From positions 62,001 through 126,000 of the IMG/VR virus record IMGVR_UViG_3300034104_005687: 64,000 nt of DNA. One strand, 5' to 3'. Position numbers and translations under genes: made by a program. The notes below the pieces were generated by a model that worked only from the letters and a program-made list of their open reading frames with translations, searched no databases and was not told where the DNA came from. The first letter of the stretch is position 1, and every line of letters begins with the position of its first letter. Of this stretch, positions 1 to 9,619 are shown piece after piece.

Positions 1-1502
1 TTGGGCACTGGAAAATACTGACTTTGAAAATCTTGCGGCGTGAAAGGTATAATGGTGTATCTGACTCGATATGCAAAATCATTGCGTTTGGGATCGTAGT
101 CCAGCTGCTGCACACTCATGGCAATGTGATACCAGGAAAAAGATGTAGTGGTGGCTGTGCTACCAGCTTCTGATCTATCGTCATCGCCTTCGGCAATCAC
201 TGTGGTGGCCTGGTTGGTGATGTAGTCGGAATTTCTTATGGCTATGTCAATGGCCTGCAACATCTGCATGCCAGCGGTGATGCCTTGATTTCTGCTGTTG
301 GGATTGACTGCTCCTTTGTCTGGGCTTAGACCGCTGGGATCCTGCTGTGGCGCAGGACCCATGTCAGTGGCTCCTTTGTTGACAGTAGATCCAGGTTTGA
401 ACAGCGTAGCGTCTCTGATTTTTTCAGCACCGTTGGCAAACACAATTTCATATTCGTCAGCAACATCGGCTCTGCCATCTTTGACCAGTTGTTGTTGATA
501 GGCATTCATGACACCAACCAGACCAGTTCTCAATGCAGATTTTTGTTGTGCCGCTGATGCATTGGGTGGAGGTGTACCTGCCTGTGCCAATCTAGTGGTC
601 TCAGCGTTAGACTGGTTTGGATCAGACCTTGCACCAGCAGGAGCACTACCACTGACATTGTTGTCTGCTACGCTGCCTACCAGCAATTCGCCCACAGTCT
701 GCCCATTGAGTTCATAATCAGCAGTGATGGTGCCGCGTCGTGTGCTGCCGGCCACAATCTGTCCAATAGGCTGACAATCAAACTCATAGCTGACCAGTCT
801 GGAACTTACTTCCCATTTGATGTCTTTGATTCGGAAAGGAATATATTTTTCAACTATAGCCCTAGAGTCTGACTGTTTGGAGGCCTGGTCAGTAGAAGCC
901 ACTGCTTGCAGTTTGCCAGTTTTATCATACCCATAAAAACGAATCACCATGAGATAGCACACTGCTGCGTAGTTTATGGCTCCGTTGCGGGTTTTGGGCT
1001 GTAGATCTTGTACAGCTTTGTATATGCAGTCTATCAGGGTAATGTTGGACGGTTCAACCACAGTGAACTTCAACTGGGTTGAACCGTGCGCGGCCATGGT
1101 ACCTTTTCCCAAAGGAATGTTTTCCAGGGTAATGGTATCTATATAAAAGTCATTGGGAAAAAATGGATTGCGTCCTGCATCTGGTGCACCAGCGCCTGCT
1201 GCAGACCCTTGGGGTCCTCCTATGTTGTTGGGTGCACCTCCGCTTTGAAACATCAAATTGTAGCCCGTAATTGATTTTTTTCCTGTGCGTTGAAATGCAG
1301 TAAGCTGAGCCGGAGTCAACATGTAGACCGAAGCCTGATAGCTAGTAGTTTCAAAGCCGTCCAGTATGTTGGGCTGTGGTACAATGGGTTTGTCCGCCGC
1401 AGTCTTTGCTGGGCGCGAGGTAGTAATTACTATTTCGCCAAGGTTGGCTACGTCTGACGTTTGCGGGTTGTCGTCATTGGCTTGATTGTCTGCTACTGAC
1501 AT
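1..1502 (-). CDS. Probable baseplate hub/tail structural protein, truncated by window start
   Basis: Not in ORF track (no stop in window). ATG at 1502 directly after the upstream gene stop; hand translation of the 5' part gives MSVADNQANDD...PQPNILDGFETTSYQASVYML...DFYIDTITLEN...KFTVVEPSNITLID. Function from baseplate context only. Confidence 0.55.
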   Translation of the reverse strand, partial: MSVADNQANDDNPQTSDVANLGEIVITTSRPAKTAADKPIVPQPNILDGFETTSYQASVYMLTPAQLTAFQRTGKKSITGYNLMFQSGGAPNNIGGPQGSAAGAGAPDAGRNPFFPNDFYIDTITLENIPLGKGTMAAHGSTQLKFTVVEPSNITLIDCIYKAVQDLQPKTRNGAINYAAVCYLMVIRFYGYDKTGKLQAVASTDQASKQSDSRAIVEKYIPFRIKDIKWEVSSRLVSYEFDCQPIGQIVAGSTRRGTITADYELNGQTVGELLVGSVADNNVSGSAPAGARSDPNQSNAETTRLAQAGTPPPNASAAQQKSALRTGLVGVMNAYQQQLVKDGRADVADEYEIVFANGAEKIRDATLFKPGSTVNKGATDMGPAPQQDPSGLSPDKGAVNPNSRNQGITAGMQMLQAIDIAIRNSDYITNQATTVIAEGDDDRSEAGSTATTTSFSWYHIAMSVQQLDYDPKRNDFAYRVRYTIIPFTPQDFQSQYFPVP

Positions 1503-1505
1503 TGT

Positions 1506-1805
1506 TTAGTACCCCAAGACCGATTTCAGTGTGCTTTCTTTGGGCAAGTAAATTTCTTTGCCCACAGTAAAATCCAAAGGAGGCTTGGTCAGCGTATTGG
1601 GATTTCGTTGATAAAACACCCACCACAGTGTGGGTGTGCCATACAGGTCATAGGCCAACAAGTCGGGTCTGTACTGATATGTCAAGTTTATGACAGTTTT
1701 TAAGTCATCACTTTCTTTGGGTATGGGACGATCCACCATGACGTCAAGAAAAAACTGACTGTATGGAGTTGTGTAATAGGGACTGGTTGAGTCGTAGTTG
1801 GCCAT
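1506..1805 (-). CDS. Baseplate wedge protein, gp53-like/LysM-type
   Basis: 99 aa; YRPDLLAYDLYGTPTLWWVF...N...GKEIYLP pattern typical of gp53/LysM-like wedge proteins. Confidence 0.75.
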   Translation of the reverse strand: MANYDSTSPYYTTPYSQFFLDVMVDRPIPKESDDLKTVINLTYQYRPDLLAYDLYGTPTLWWVFYQRNPNTLTKPPLDFTVGKEIYLPKESTLKSVLGY

Positions 1806-2896
1806 TACCAGAATCCTTTCTTCAATAAGTTGCCATTGCTGAATTCTTTGACGCTGAACTGTTTGCTGACTTGTGACCTGGTCTGTATGGGCAGTAAGGT
1901 AATGTTCATGTCAATTTTGGTTGGTACATATGTGGCTTGATTCAAGCCGTAGACTGTTGCACGAGTCTGTCCCAGATCTCCTCGAGTGCCTGGCACAGCA
2001 CCTTTGGGCACACCGGGCTGTCCAGTTACTGCATTGAACAAGTTGCTGAGTCGTCCTATGGCTGAACTAATGGTGCTGACTGGCGATGATCCAACTTGTT
2101 GCTGTCTGTTACTCAGGTTCAGCCCTATGTTGTTGGGAGTGACTGCAATGTAGTCAACGTCGTTGGGCAAGTTGTACTGAAAATTGGTGATCACACAGGC
2201 ATGGTCGTTGAACTGATATTCTCCATAGCCGCGCAAGTATACTAGGGGCGGTGGAGATCCACGCTGTTGATCTTTGCCGTAGAACATTTTGGTAGCTGAT
2301 CTAAAAAACTGTATCACTGCCAGCACATACTCTGCTTCGCGGGTGTCCTGTGCTGTGAATGTGGCTTGAATTTGCACATCGCTGACCTGACTACCTTTGT
2401 AGAAGTATCCACGATAGTTGGAGTGTGTTAGATCATATGGATCGTATTTGGCAGCATAGCTGGTGTTGATTATAGGGGTATAGGGAAATACCACACCGTC
2501 GCTGACCCTGAGTGGTGCCAACAGCGCATTGCTTTTGTCTTGATACAGGTACTCAGCATCTGGTGCAATACGCAGTCGTACACGCCAGTCGCCCTTGGTG
2601 GTTTGGTTGAAGTACTGCTGAATGCTGGCCTGTTCCTGAGTTTCTTTGAGCAAGGCCTTGGTTCTTGCATTGGCGTCGCTGTCAGGGTCGTCATCTTCAT
2701 TGGCCTGGGTCTCAAGCTCTTGGCGTCGCTGTTCAAAGAACTCTTTAACAACAGGATCGTTGTCGGGATCAACAGGCTTAGGCGCAGAATTTTCTGCGGC
2801 GCCAGTTTCGCCGGTCGCGCCAAAATCCGCAGGATTGGCCTGCGGCAGTTCAGGGTCTGTGTTGGGGTTTACCTGTTGTGGAAATTCTGTGGACAT
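1805..2896 (-). CDS. Baseplate/tail-tube initiator-like protein (gp48/gp54-like)
   Basis: 363 aa; VFPYTP, FTAQ, GSPPPLVYLRGYG, CVITNFQY motifs of tube-fold baseplate proteins; acidic low-complexity N-terminus. Confidence 0.55.
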   Translation of the reverse strand: MSTEFPQQVNPNTDPELPQANPADFGATGETGAAENSAPKPVDPDNDPVVKEFFEQRRQELETQANEDDDPDSDANARTKALLKETQEQASIQQYFNQTTKGDWRVRLRIAPDAEYLYQDKSNALLAPLRVSDGVVFPYTPIINTSYAAKYDPYDLTHSNYRGYFYKGSQVSDVQIQATFTAQDTREAEYVLAVIQFFRSATKMFYGKDQQRGSPPPLVYLRGYGEYQFNDHACVITNFQYNLPNDVDYIAVTPNNIGLNLSNRQQQVGSSPVSTISSAIGRLSNLFNAVTGQPGVPKGAVPGTRGDLGQTRATVYGLNQATYVPTKIDMNITLLPIQTRSQVSKQFSVKEFSNGNLLKKGFW

Positions 2897-2914
2897 TGTT
2901 GTGTTCCTATACAG

Positions 2915-2920
2915 TATTTA
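2915..2920 (-). promoter_or_regulatory. T4-type late promoter core (TAAATA) for the baseplate operon
   Basis: GGTAAATAC on minus strand 18 nt upstream of ATG 2896; same motif precedes many structural genes. Confidence 0.6.
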
Positions 2921-2952
2921 CCCAAAAAATTATCAGCGTAGTTTAAGAAAGG

Positions 2953-2980
2953 TTGACAAGTCATACTTTTGTGTTAAAAT
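2953..2980 (+). promoter_or_regulatory. Sigma70-type promoter for gp55/47/46 operon
   Basis: TTGACA (2953-2958), 16 nt, TGT-TAAAAT (2975-2980); AGGAG at 2992-2996. Confidence 0.65.
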
Positions 2981-3006
2981 AAGTAAATATTAGGAGAACC
3001 TCCCCC

Positions 3007-3927
3007 ATGTCAGAACCCTTGGTCAAAACACCAGCCAAAGTCAACTATCTCAACAACAGAGATATCCTCAAAGAAATTCATCTCAGCAAAAAAACCTATT
3101 GCAGCTACAGAGATCCTGTGACTGATCATCAGTACGATATCATACTGCCCAGTGTTGACAAGATCAATCAGCGCACAGTGGCCGAGGCCCGCAGAAATCG
3201 TGCCGACCGTATCAAACGCGAAACAGGGGAAATTGTAGACCCTACCAAAATTCCCAACACAGACATAGTGTTTAGAATTACCTGCTGGGAACACATTCCG
3301 CTGGCACCCAAGAAAGTGCCCAAAAATGCTACCAAGCGCAAGAAGCTAGAAGACATCCTGGACCTGGATGAAGTAGCAGTGGATCCTCTGGAGGATCTTG
3401 TGGAAGAGCCTGTGCTGGATCCCACACATGTGCGACTGAACTTTCCGCCGTTTTATCACTATCGCATCGACGAAAACAAGGTACCGTTTGTGGTGGGCAA
3501 GAGTCACTGGAAGGGCGATTTGGAAACGGGCGAGTATTGTCGCGATCACGGCAATATGACACGCAAGCTGGCCACCATGTTTATGAAACTGTGCGAGCGT
3601 TATGCCACAAGGAGCAACTGGCGTGGCTACACATACAATGAAGAAATGCGTGGACAAGCTCTACTACAGCTTAGTCAGATTGGTCTACAGTTCGACGAGA
3701 GCAAGAGCCAGAACCCGTTTGCGTATTACACTGCTGCGATCACTAACAGTTTTACGCGGATTCTCAACATAGAGAAAAAGAACCAAAACATTCGTGACGA
3801 TATCCTGGAAATCAATGGGTTGAACCCAAGCTGGACTCGTCAAAACTCAGGTGCCAAAAGCATGGCTGCCATGTCCGGACCGGTTGTGAGCAGCCTGGAT
3901 GATGTAGTACAATCAGTAGATGAGTAA
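3007..3927 (+). CDS. gp55: Late-transcription sigma factor, T4 gp55-like
   Basis: NYLNN N-terminal motif; NWRGYTYNEEM and FDESKSQNPFAYYTAAITNSFTRIL motifs; sits upstream of gp47/gp46 as in T4-like phages. Confidence 0.88.
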   Translation: MSEPLVKTPAKVNYLNNRDILKEIHLSKKTYCSYRDPVTDHQYDIILPSVDKINQRTVAEARRNRADRIKRETGEIVDPTKIPNTDIVFRITCWEHIPLAPKKVPKNATKRKKLEDILDLDEVAVDPLEDLVEEPVLDPTHVRLNFPPFYHYRIDENKVPFVVGKSHWKGDLETGEYCRDHGNMTRKLATMFMKLCERYATRSNWRGYTYNEEMRGQALLQLSQIGLQFDESKSQNPFAYYTAAITNSFTRILNIEKKNQNIRDDILEINGLNPSWTRQNSGAKSMAAMSGPVVSSLDDVVQSVDE

Positions 3928-4936
3928 TTTATTTAAAAAAGCCGCAATCTTTACCGACATCCATTTTGGGCTCAAGTCCAACAGTGTTCTACACAACGAA
4001 GACTGTTTGGCTTTTGTGAAGTGGGCCACGGCCAAGGCCCAAGAAGAAGGTTGCGAAACCTGCATGTTTCTGGGCGATTGGCACAACAATCGATCAAGCC
4101 TGAACATAGTCACCCTGAACTACAGTTTGCAGGCCTTGGAGCACATGAACAACAACTTTGAACGTGTGTATTTTATTCCAGGTAATCACGATTTGTACTA
4201 TCGGGATAAACGTGACATTCAAAGTGTAGAATGGGCCAAACACCTACCGCGTGTGGAAATCTGCAATGATTGGTTCAGCAGTGGCGGCGTCACTATTGCT
4301 CCTTGGCTATGCGGTGATGATCACAAACGACTGGCAAAAATGAGCGGTGAATATTTGTTTGGTCACTTTGAACTGCCAGGATACCTGATGAATGCAATGG
4401 TAGAGATGCCAGATCATGGTGAAATACGTCGAGAAGATCTTGGAGGGTTCGGACATGTTTTTACAGGACACTTTCACAAGCGGCAGACCAAAAAGAATAT
4501 TACCTACATCGGCAATGCGTTCCCTCACAATTATGCAGATGCTGGTGATGACGAACGAGGTCTCACTGTGTTGGAGTGGGGATCAGCGCCTGAATTTCAT
4601 GCTTGGCCTGCTCAACCAACGTACCGTGTGTACGGGCTGGCCAACCTTATTGACAACGCTGCGTCGCTGCTTCGACCCAAGATGCATGTCAGAGTTAACC
4701 TAGATATCGAGATCTCATACGAAGAAGCCAACTTTATCAAAGAAACTTTTGTGCGAGACTACAACCTGCGTGAGATGGCGTTGATTCCCAACAAGACTGC
4801 CGGTGTAGACGAAGATATGGCGCCCGGAGAAGTCAAGTTTGAATCAGTGGATCAGATTGTTACAGATCAACTTACCAACATTGAAAGTGAGTTTTACGAT
4901 AACAAGCTCTTGCTGAAGATTTATCAAACACTATGA
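3920..4936 (+). CDS. gp47: Recombination endonuclease subunit (Mre11/SbcD-like)
   Basis: Metallophosphoesterase motifs TDIHFG, LGDW, GNHD, GHFE, GHFH. Confidence 0.92.
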   Translation: MSNLFKKAAIFTDIHFGLKSNSVLHNEDCLAFVKWATAKAQEEGCETCMFLGDWHNNRSSLNIVTLNYSLQALEHMNNNFERVYFIPGNHDLYYRDKRDIQSVEWAKHLPRVEICNDWFSSGGVTIAPWLCGDDHKRLAKMSGEYLFGHFELPGYLMNAMVEMPDHGEIRREDLGGFGHVFTGHFHKRQTKKNITYIGNAFPHNYADAGDDERGLTVLEWGSAPEFHAWPAQPTYRVYGLANLIDNAASLLRPKMHVRVNLDIEISYEEANFIKETFVRDYNLREMALIPNKTAGVDEDMAPGEVKFESVDQIVTDQLTNIESEFYDNKLLLKIYQTL

Positions 4937-5649
4937 AATTGTATTTCAACGGATGCAGTCATACCTACGGTGATGATCTTGAAGATCCCAAAAGTAGTGC
5001 ATGGCCATCTGTTGTGTCTTCTGCACTAGGCGCAGATTTTTTGAATGACAGTGTCAGTGGTGGCACCAACGATCGCATAATGTATCGGACCATAAAGCAC
5101 CTAGATCAGTTTGATAAATTCTATATTGCTTGGACTTACACCACTCGATTTACCAGGTATAGAGCAGACAACAACCATGATGTCAACTTCAATCCTCAAT
5201 TGATACACAGGCTTTACAGCAAAGATCCTAACTTTGCAGAATATGGAAAAATACATTATCGGGTCTGGCACAACGAATTGTATGCTGCGAAGTTATGGTT
5301 GCAAAACATTGTGTTGTTGCAACGATTGTTTGAATCAGTCAACAAACCATATGTCATGATCAATACTGCGTCAAATCATCTAGATCGGTGGTTAAGCAGT
5401 TGGCAAGACTTTAATTCTAGTGTACAATCATTGTTGTGTTTTGATCTCATGAATGATCAGCAACTTGAACAAGAACATCTAGAACTACAAAAATTAGCAT
5501 CAATGATTGACACTTCCTGTTTTGTTGGATGGAATCAATGGTGTTTGGCCGACGAGTTAAAAAAATACCCGGTTGGACCAACTGGCCACTTACTGGAACA
5601 AGGACACAAGGCCACAGCCTTGCATATTTTAAAGCATGATTCACATTAA
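4933..5649 (+). CDS. SGNH/GDSL hydrolase-like protein
   Basis: N-terminal FNGCSHTYG, SGGTN, C-terminal TGHLLEQGH; resembles 59152 and 60603 products. Confidence 0.5.
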   Translation: MKLYFNGCSHTYGDDLEDPKSSAWPSVVSSALGADFLNDSVSGGTNDRIMYRTIKHLDQFDKFYIAWTYTTRFTRYRADNNHDVNFNPQLIHRLYSKDPNFAEYGKIHYRVWHNELYAAKLWLQNIVLLQRLFESVNKPYVMINTASNHLDRWLSSWQDFNSSVQSLLCFDLMNDQQLEQEHLELQKLASMIDTSCFVGWNQWCLADELKKYPVGPTGHLLEQGHKATALHILKHDSH

Positions 5650-7717
5650 AAAACTCACTGTCAAAAACTTCATGAGTGTGGGCAATGCCACACAAGGCAT
5701 TGACTTTGATCGCAGGGACTTGACGCTGGTACTAGGCGAGAACCTGGACCTAGGTGGCGACGGCAGTCGCAACGGCACAGGAAAGACCACAATCATCAAT
5801 GCGTTGAGTTACGCCTTGTATGGCAATGCACTGTCAAATATTCGCAAGGACAACCTTGTGAACAAGACCAACGGCAAGAACATGCTGGTAAGTCTGGACT
5901 TCAGTGTGGGCAGTCAGGACTACAGAATTGAACGTGGTCGCAAGCCCAATGTGCTGAAGTTCTATGTGAACCACGAAGCACAAGCTGCCACAGACGAAGC
6001 ACAAGGCGAAAACAAAGAAACGCAGGAAGTGATCGAACGCATCATGAGCATGAGTCACGACATGTTCAAACATGTGTTGGCGTTGAATACCTATACTGAA
6101 CCATTCCTGAGTTTGAAGGCCAATGAGCAACGTGCCATCATTGAGCAGTTGTTGGGCATTACCCTGTTGAGTGAACGAGCCGATCGTGTCAAAGAGTTAA
6201 ATCGACAAACCAAAGATGCGATCTCGCAAGAAGAATTTCGTATACGTGCCGAGCAAGAAGCCAACAAACGCATAGAAGAACAGATCGAAAGCCTGCGTCG
6301 CAGACAAGTGCTATGGCAGAAAAAATACGACAGCGATCTACAGATTCTAGTTGGTCAGTATGACGAACTTTCCAAGATCAACATTGAAGCAGAATTACAA
6401 GCACACCAAGACCTAACTGTATGGAGTGATCGTCGTCGACAACAAGAAGCTCGCAACAGCCTGTCAGCTCGCAGCACAGCCTGGCAACAAAAACACAACA
6501 CCGAAGTCGAAGCCGCAGGTCGTGCATATTCGGACAAGAATCGTATCAGCATTGATATTGAACTAGCAGCATGGGCACAGTTAGCTGCTCACAATCAAAA
6601 ATCTCGAGACATTGCCGAACTTGAAAAACTGATCGCCCGTTGTGTTCAGGACGAGAAGAAAGAAGTCAAGCTGGTAGAAAAACTACGAGCCGAGATTGAA
6701 GAACTCCGAAATCACAAGTGCTATGCATGTGGACAAGACTTTCATGATGTCAGTCACGAGTCAGTGTTGGCTACAAAAGAAAAAACACTACAAGAAGCTG
6801 CCTTACAGGTCTTGGCCACCAACAGTCAATGGATAGAGCACACTAATGCGTTGTTGAAGCTGGGCGAGCTGGGTGTTCCGCCCACAACACATTACACCAC
6901 AGAAGCCGAAGCAATACGTCACTCCACTGAGTTAGATGCGCTTCGTCAAACACTGGAAAATAAAACTACCGAAGTCAACCCTTATGCTGATCAACTGGCA
7001 GAAATGCCCGAAGTGGATCCTGGTCAGCAACCAGTTACCCACTACGACACCGAAGCAAAAGCTATCAAACACAGCAGCCAAGTTGCTAGTTTGCTGACAC
7101 AGATCACAAACAAGCATGCCGAAACTGATCCCTATGGTGAACAGATTGCTGATATGCAGACCAAGGCTCTGCAAACTGTGAGCTACGATCACCTCAACGA
7201 GCTGACCCGAGTACAGGATCATCAAGACTTCTTGCTGAAACTGTTGACTTCCAAAGACAGCTTTGTTCGCAAAAAAATCATTGATCAAAATCTCAGTTAT
7301 CTCAACAGCAGACTTACCCACTATCTGGATCGTATGGGCTTGCCGCACACTGTGAAATTCATGAATGATTTGTCGGTAAATATCGAAGAACTAGGTCGTG
7401 AACTGGACTTTGACAATCTGTCAAGAGGCGAGCGTACCCGATTAATTCTCAGCATGAGCTGGGCATTCCGTGATGTATGGGAAAGCCTTTATCACCCCAT
7501 CAACTTGCTGTTCATTGACGAACTGATCGACAATGGTTTAGACACATCTGGCGTAGAAAACGCCTTGGGTCTACTGAAACGCATGAGCCGCGAACGCAAC
7601 AAGAGTGTTTGGCTTGTGAGTCACAGAGACGAGTTGGCCGGACGAGTTGAGAACATACTCAGAGTGGTCAAAGAAAATGGCTTTACCAGCTATAATACAG
7701 ACATAGAGCATGCATAA
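5636..7717 (+). CDS. gp46: Recombination ATPase subunit (Rad50/SbcC-like)
   Basis: KNFMSVG, Walker A NGTGKTT, coiled coils with CYAC zinc hook, signature LSRGE, Walker B LLFIDE, SH motif. Confidence 0.93.
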   Translation: MIHIKKLTVKNFMSVGNATQGIDFDRRDLTLVLGENLDLGGDGSRNGTGKTTIINALSYALYGNALSNIRKDNLVNKTNGKNMLVSLDFSVGSQDYRIERGRKPNVLKFYVNHEAQAATDEAQGENKETQEVIERIMSMSHDMFKHVLALNTYTEPFLSLKANEQRAIIEQLLGITLLSERADRVKELNRQTKDAISQEEFRIRAEQEANKRIEEQIESLRRRQVLWQKKYDSDLQILVGQYDELSKINIEAELQAHQDLTVWSDRRRQQEARNSLSARSTAWQQKHNTEVEAAGRAYSDKNRISIDIELAAWAQLAAHNQKSRDIAELEKLIARCVQDEKKEVKLVEKLRAEIEELRNHKCYACGQDFHDVSHESVLATKEKTLQEAALQVLATNSQWIEHTNALLKLGELGVPPTTHYTTEAEAIRHSTELDALRQTLENKTTEVNPYADQLAEMPEVDPGQQPVTHYDTEAKAIKHSSQVASLLTQITNKHAETDPYGEQIADMQTKALQTVSYDHLNELTRVQDHQDFLLKLLTSKDSFVRKKIIDQNLSYLNSRLTHYLDRMGLPHTVKFMNDLSVNIEELGRELDFDNLSRGERTRLILSMSWAFRDVWESLYHPINLLFIDELIDNGLDTSGVENALGLLKRMSRERNKSVWLVSHRDELAGRVENILRVVKENGFTSYNTDIEHA

Positions 7718-7727
7718 GGAATAATCA

Positions 7728-8117
7728 GTGCTGTTGACCGTTGAGCATTCTAATTTGACTATGATACGTTTTGAAATCAATGGATCAGTGGTTGAGCACT
7801 ATCAACAACAACAAGAATATTGTGTTGATATAAACTGCAACGGCAATGTAGAAATATTCTTTGAACCATGGAAAATCAAACCATTGGTCAGAGTTGACAA
7901 TCATCTGTTGGATTACTGGTGCGCTGATATGCAATTGTACGATCACATGGTTAGACTTAAATGGGATTCAGGGTTCTATCATCGGTACCAAGAAAAAATT
8001 GTGCAGGGAAAAATAGATTACTTGAATCTAACAACACAAGAAGATATTGATTATTATTTGGGCATAAAAAATTCAAATCTAGATTTAGTTAGCCAACTCA
8101 AACAGTATTTAAAATGA
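7728..8117 (+). CDS. Hypothetical protein
   Basis: 129 aa; GTG start with AAGGA upstream; overlaps next gene (ATGA). Confidence 0.6.
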   Translation: MLLTVEHSNLTMIRFEINGSVVEHYQQQQEYCVDINCNGNVEIFFEPWKIKPLVRVDNHLLDYWCADMQLYDHMVRLKWDSGFYHRYQEKIVQGKIDYLNLTTQEDIDYYLGIKNSNLDLVSQLKQYLK

Positions 8118-9619
8118 GCCGAGTATTATTAGTTAACCTCCCCATGTACGACACATTGGCACCTCCCGGAGCATTGGCAGTTTTGGCAGCAATCTGCGAA
8201 CAAAATCAAAAGGCTTACGAGTTTTTAGACTTTAATATTTTTTTGCACCGCACACTCAACGAAAAAGAACTTGCTGAACTCAGTGATTGGTTGGTAGGTA
8301 TCACCATTGACTACCATGGTATCTCTGAAGAACTCAGACAAAAGGTGTTTGATCTATGGTGCGAGCAAATCAACAAAATAGATCCTGACAGTTTTGAATT
8401 CATTGGTATCAGTATTTTTAGTATGTGGAGTCTCAGGATGGCACAATTAATTTTGCCATGGCTGAGAAAAAGAACTTTATCCAAAATTGTATTGGGCGGC
8501 AACGGATGCAACAGTAAATTTTTTGATACAAAAATTGGCTTTTCTAGCTGGGTTGTTGAAAACCAATTGGCTGATTTTGTAGTGATCGGCGACGGTGAGC
8601 CCACGTTTGATGCCATACTCAAAGGCGAAACTTGTGTGCCCGGAGTTAATCAAGTACCTCAGAAAAACGACTGGGACATTGATCAATTCCCGATCCCCAA
8701 CTACAAAAACTTTGATCTGTCTTTGTATAGTGCAAAAAAAGTGTATGTTACCGGAAGTCGTGGATGTGTAAGAAACTGTACGTTTTGCGACATTGGTGCG
8801 ACTTGGCCTAAATTTCGATTCAGAAAAGCTGATAAGTTGGTAGAAGAAATCAAACAACATTACTATGATCTTGGGGTCACAGAATTTGATTTTACAGACA
8901 GTTTGATCAATGGTAGCATCAGTAACTTCTATCAATTCAACTGTTTGCTAGCTGAGGAAAAAGTCAAAAATCCTGATCTCAAAAATGTCAGCTACATTGG
9001 ACAATTTATTTGCAGACCCCAGTCTCAAATGTCTGCCTCACACTACGAAGCCATGTACTATGCAGGATGCAAGCAGGTTACCATTGGTATTGAAAGCTTT
9101 AGTGAAAATGTTCGATACCACATGCGTAAAAAATTTACCAATCTTGATATTGATTATCACATCGACCAATGCAGTAGATGGAATATCAAAAATGTTTGGT
9201 TGATGATTTGCGGGTACCCTACTGAGACATTGCAAGATCATGTTGAAAACTTAAACAGTTTAGAAAAATACTCCCTGTATGCCAAACAAGGAATAATCGA
9301 ACTAATTCGATGGGGAACTACCATGCACCTTATCGACGACACACCAATAACCAGTGCTGAGATGCTCAAGGATTTGGATATTGTATTGGATGCTCAAGGC
9401 AGCCTGGGATTTACCAGCACTTACAATTGGGTAAGTTCCAAGAATCCGTCTCTAGACCTTGCAGAGCGCATACGTCGGCGAGTTGAAATTCACGAACATT
9501 GTGTCAAGAATGGGTATCCTCAGCCAAGGGTCCGCCAAGAACTCAGCAGTTTGCTGACGCTGGCAAAGCAACACCTTGTGGGCCCAAGAAAAAAAATATT
9601 CGAGATTGGCCAGCTATGA
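8114..9619 (+). CDS. B12-binding-domain radical SAM enzyme
   Basis: N-terminal cobalamin-binding-like domain (GISIFS, IVLGG, VVIGDGE), SRGCVRNCTFC (CxxxCxxC), IGIES, GYPTET. Confidence 0.85.
   Translation: MSRVLLVNLPMYDTLAPPGALAVLAAICEQNQKAYEFLDFNIFLHRTLNEKELAELSDWLVGITIDYHGISEELRQKVFDLWCEQINKIDPDSFEFIGISIFSMWSLRMAQLILPWLRKRTLSKIVLGGNGCNSKFFDTKIGFSSWVVENQLADFVVIGDGEPTFDAILKGETCVPGVNQVPQKNDWDIDQFPIPNYKNFDLSLYSAKKVYVTGSRGCVRNCTFCDIGATWPKFRFRKADKLVEEIKQHYYDLGVTEFDFTDSLINGSISNFYQFNCLLAEEKVKNPDLKNVSYIGQFICRPQSQMSASHYEAMYYAGCKQVTIGIESFSENVRYHMRKKFTNLDIDYHIDQCSRWNIKNVWLMICGYPTETLQDHVENLNSLEKYSLYAKQGIIELIRWGTTMHLIDDTPITSAEMLKDLDIVLDAQGSLGFTSTYNWVSSKNPSLDLAERIRRRVEIHEHCVKNGYPQPRVRQELSSLLTLAKQHLVGPRKKIFEIGQL

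Noticed and set aside
298-1274. Short plus-strand ORFs at window start
   Set aside because: Antisense to the truncated baseplate gene starting at 1502
9499-9615. N-terminal extensions in the ORF track (also 26978-27040, 33260-33322, 53639-53770, 56343-56399, 61808-61870, 62703-62729)
   Set aside because: They overlap upstream genes or promoters; downstream ATGs fit domain boundaries and coupling better
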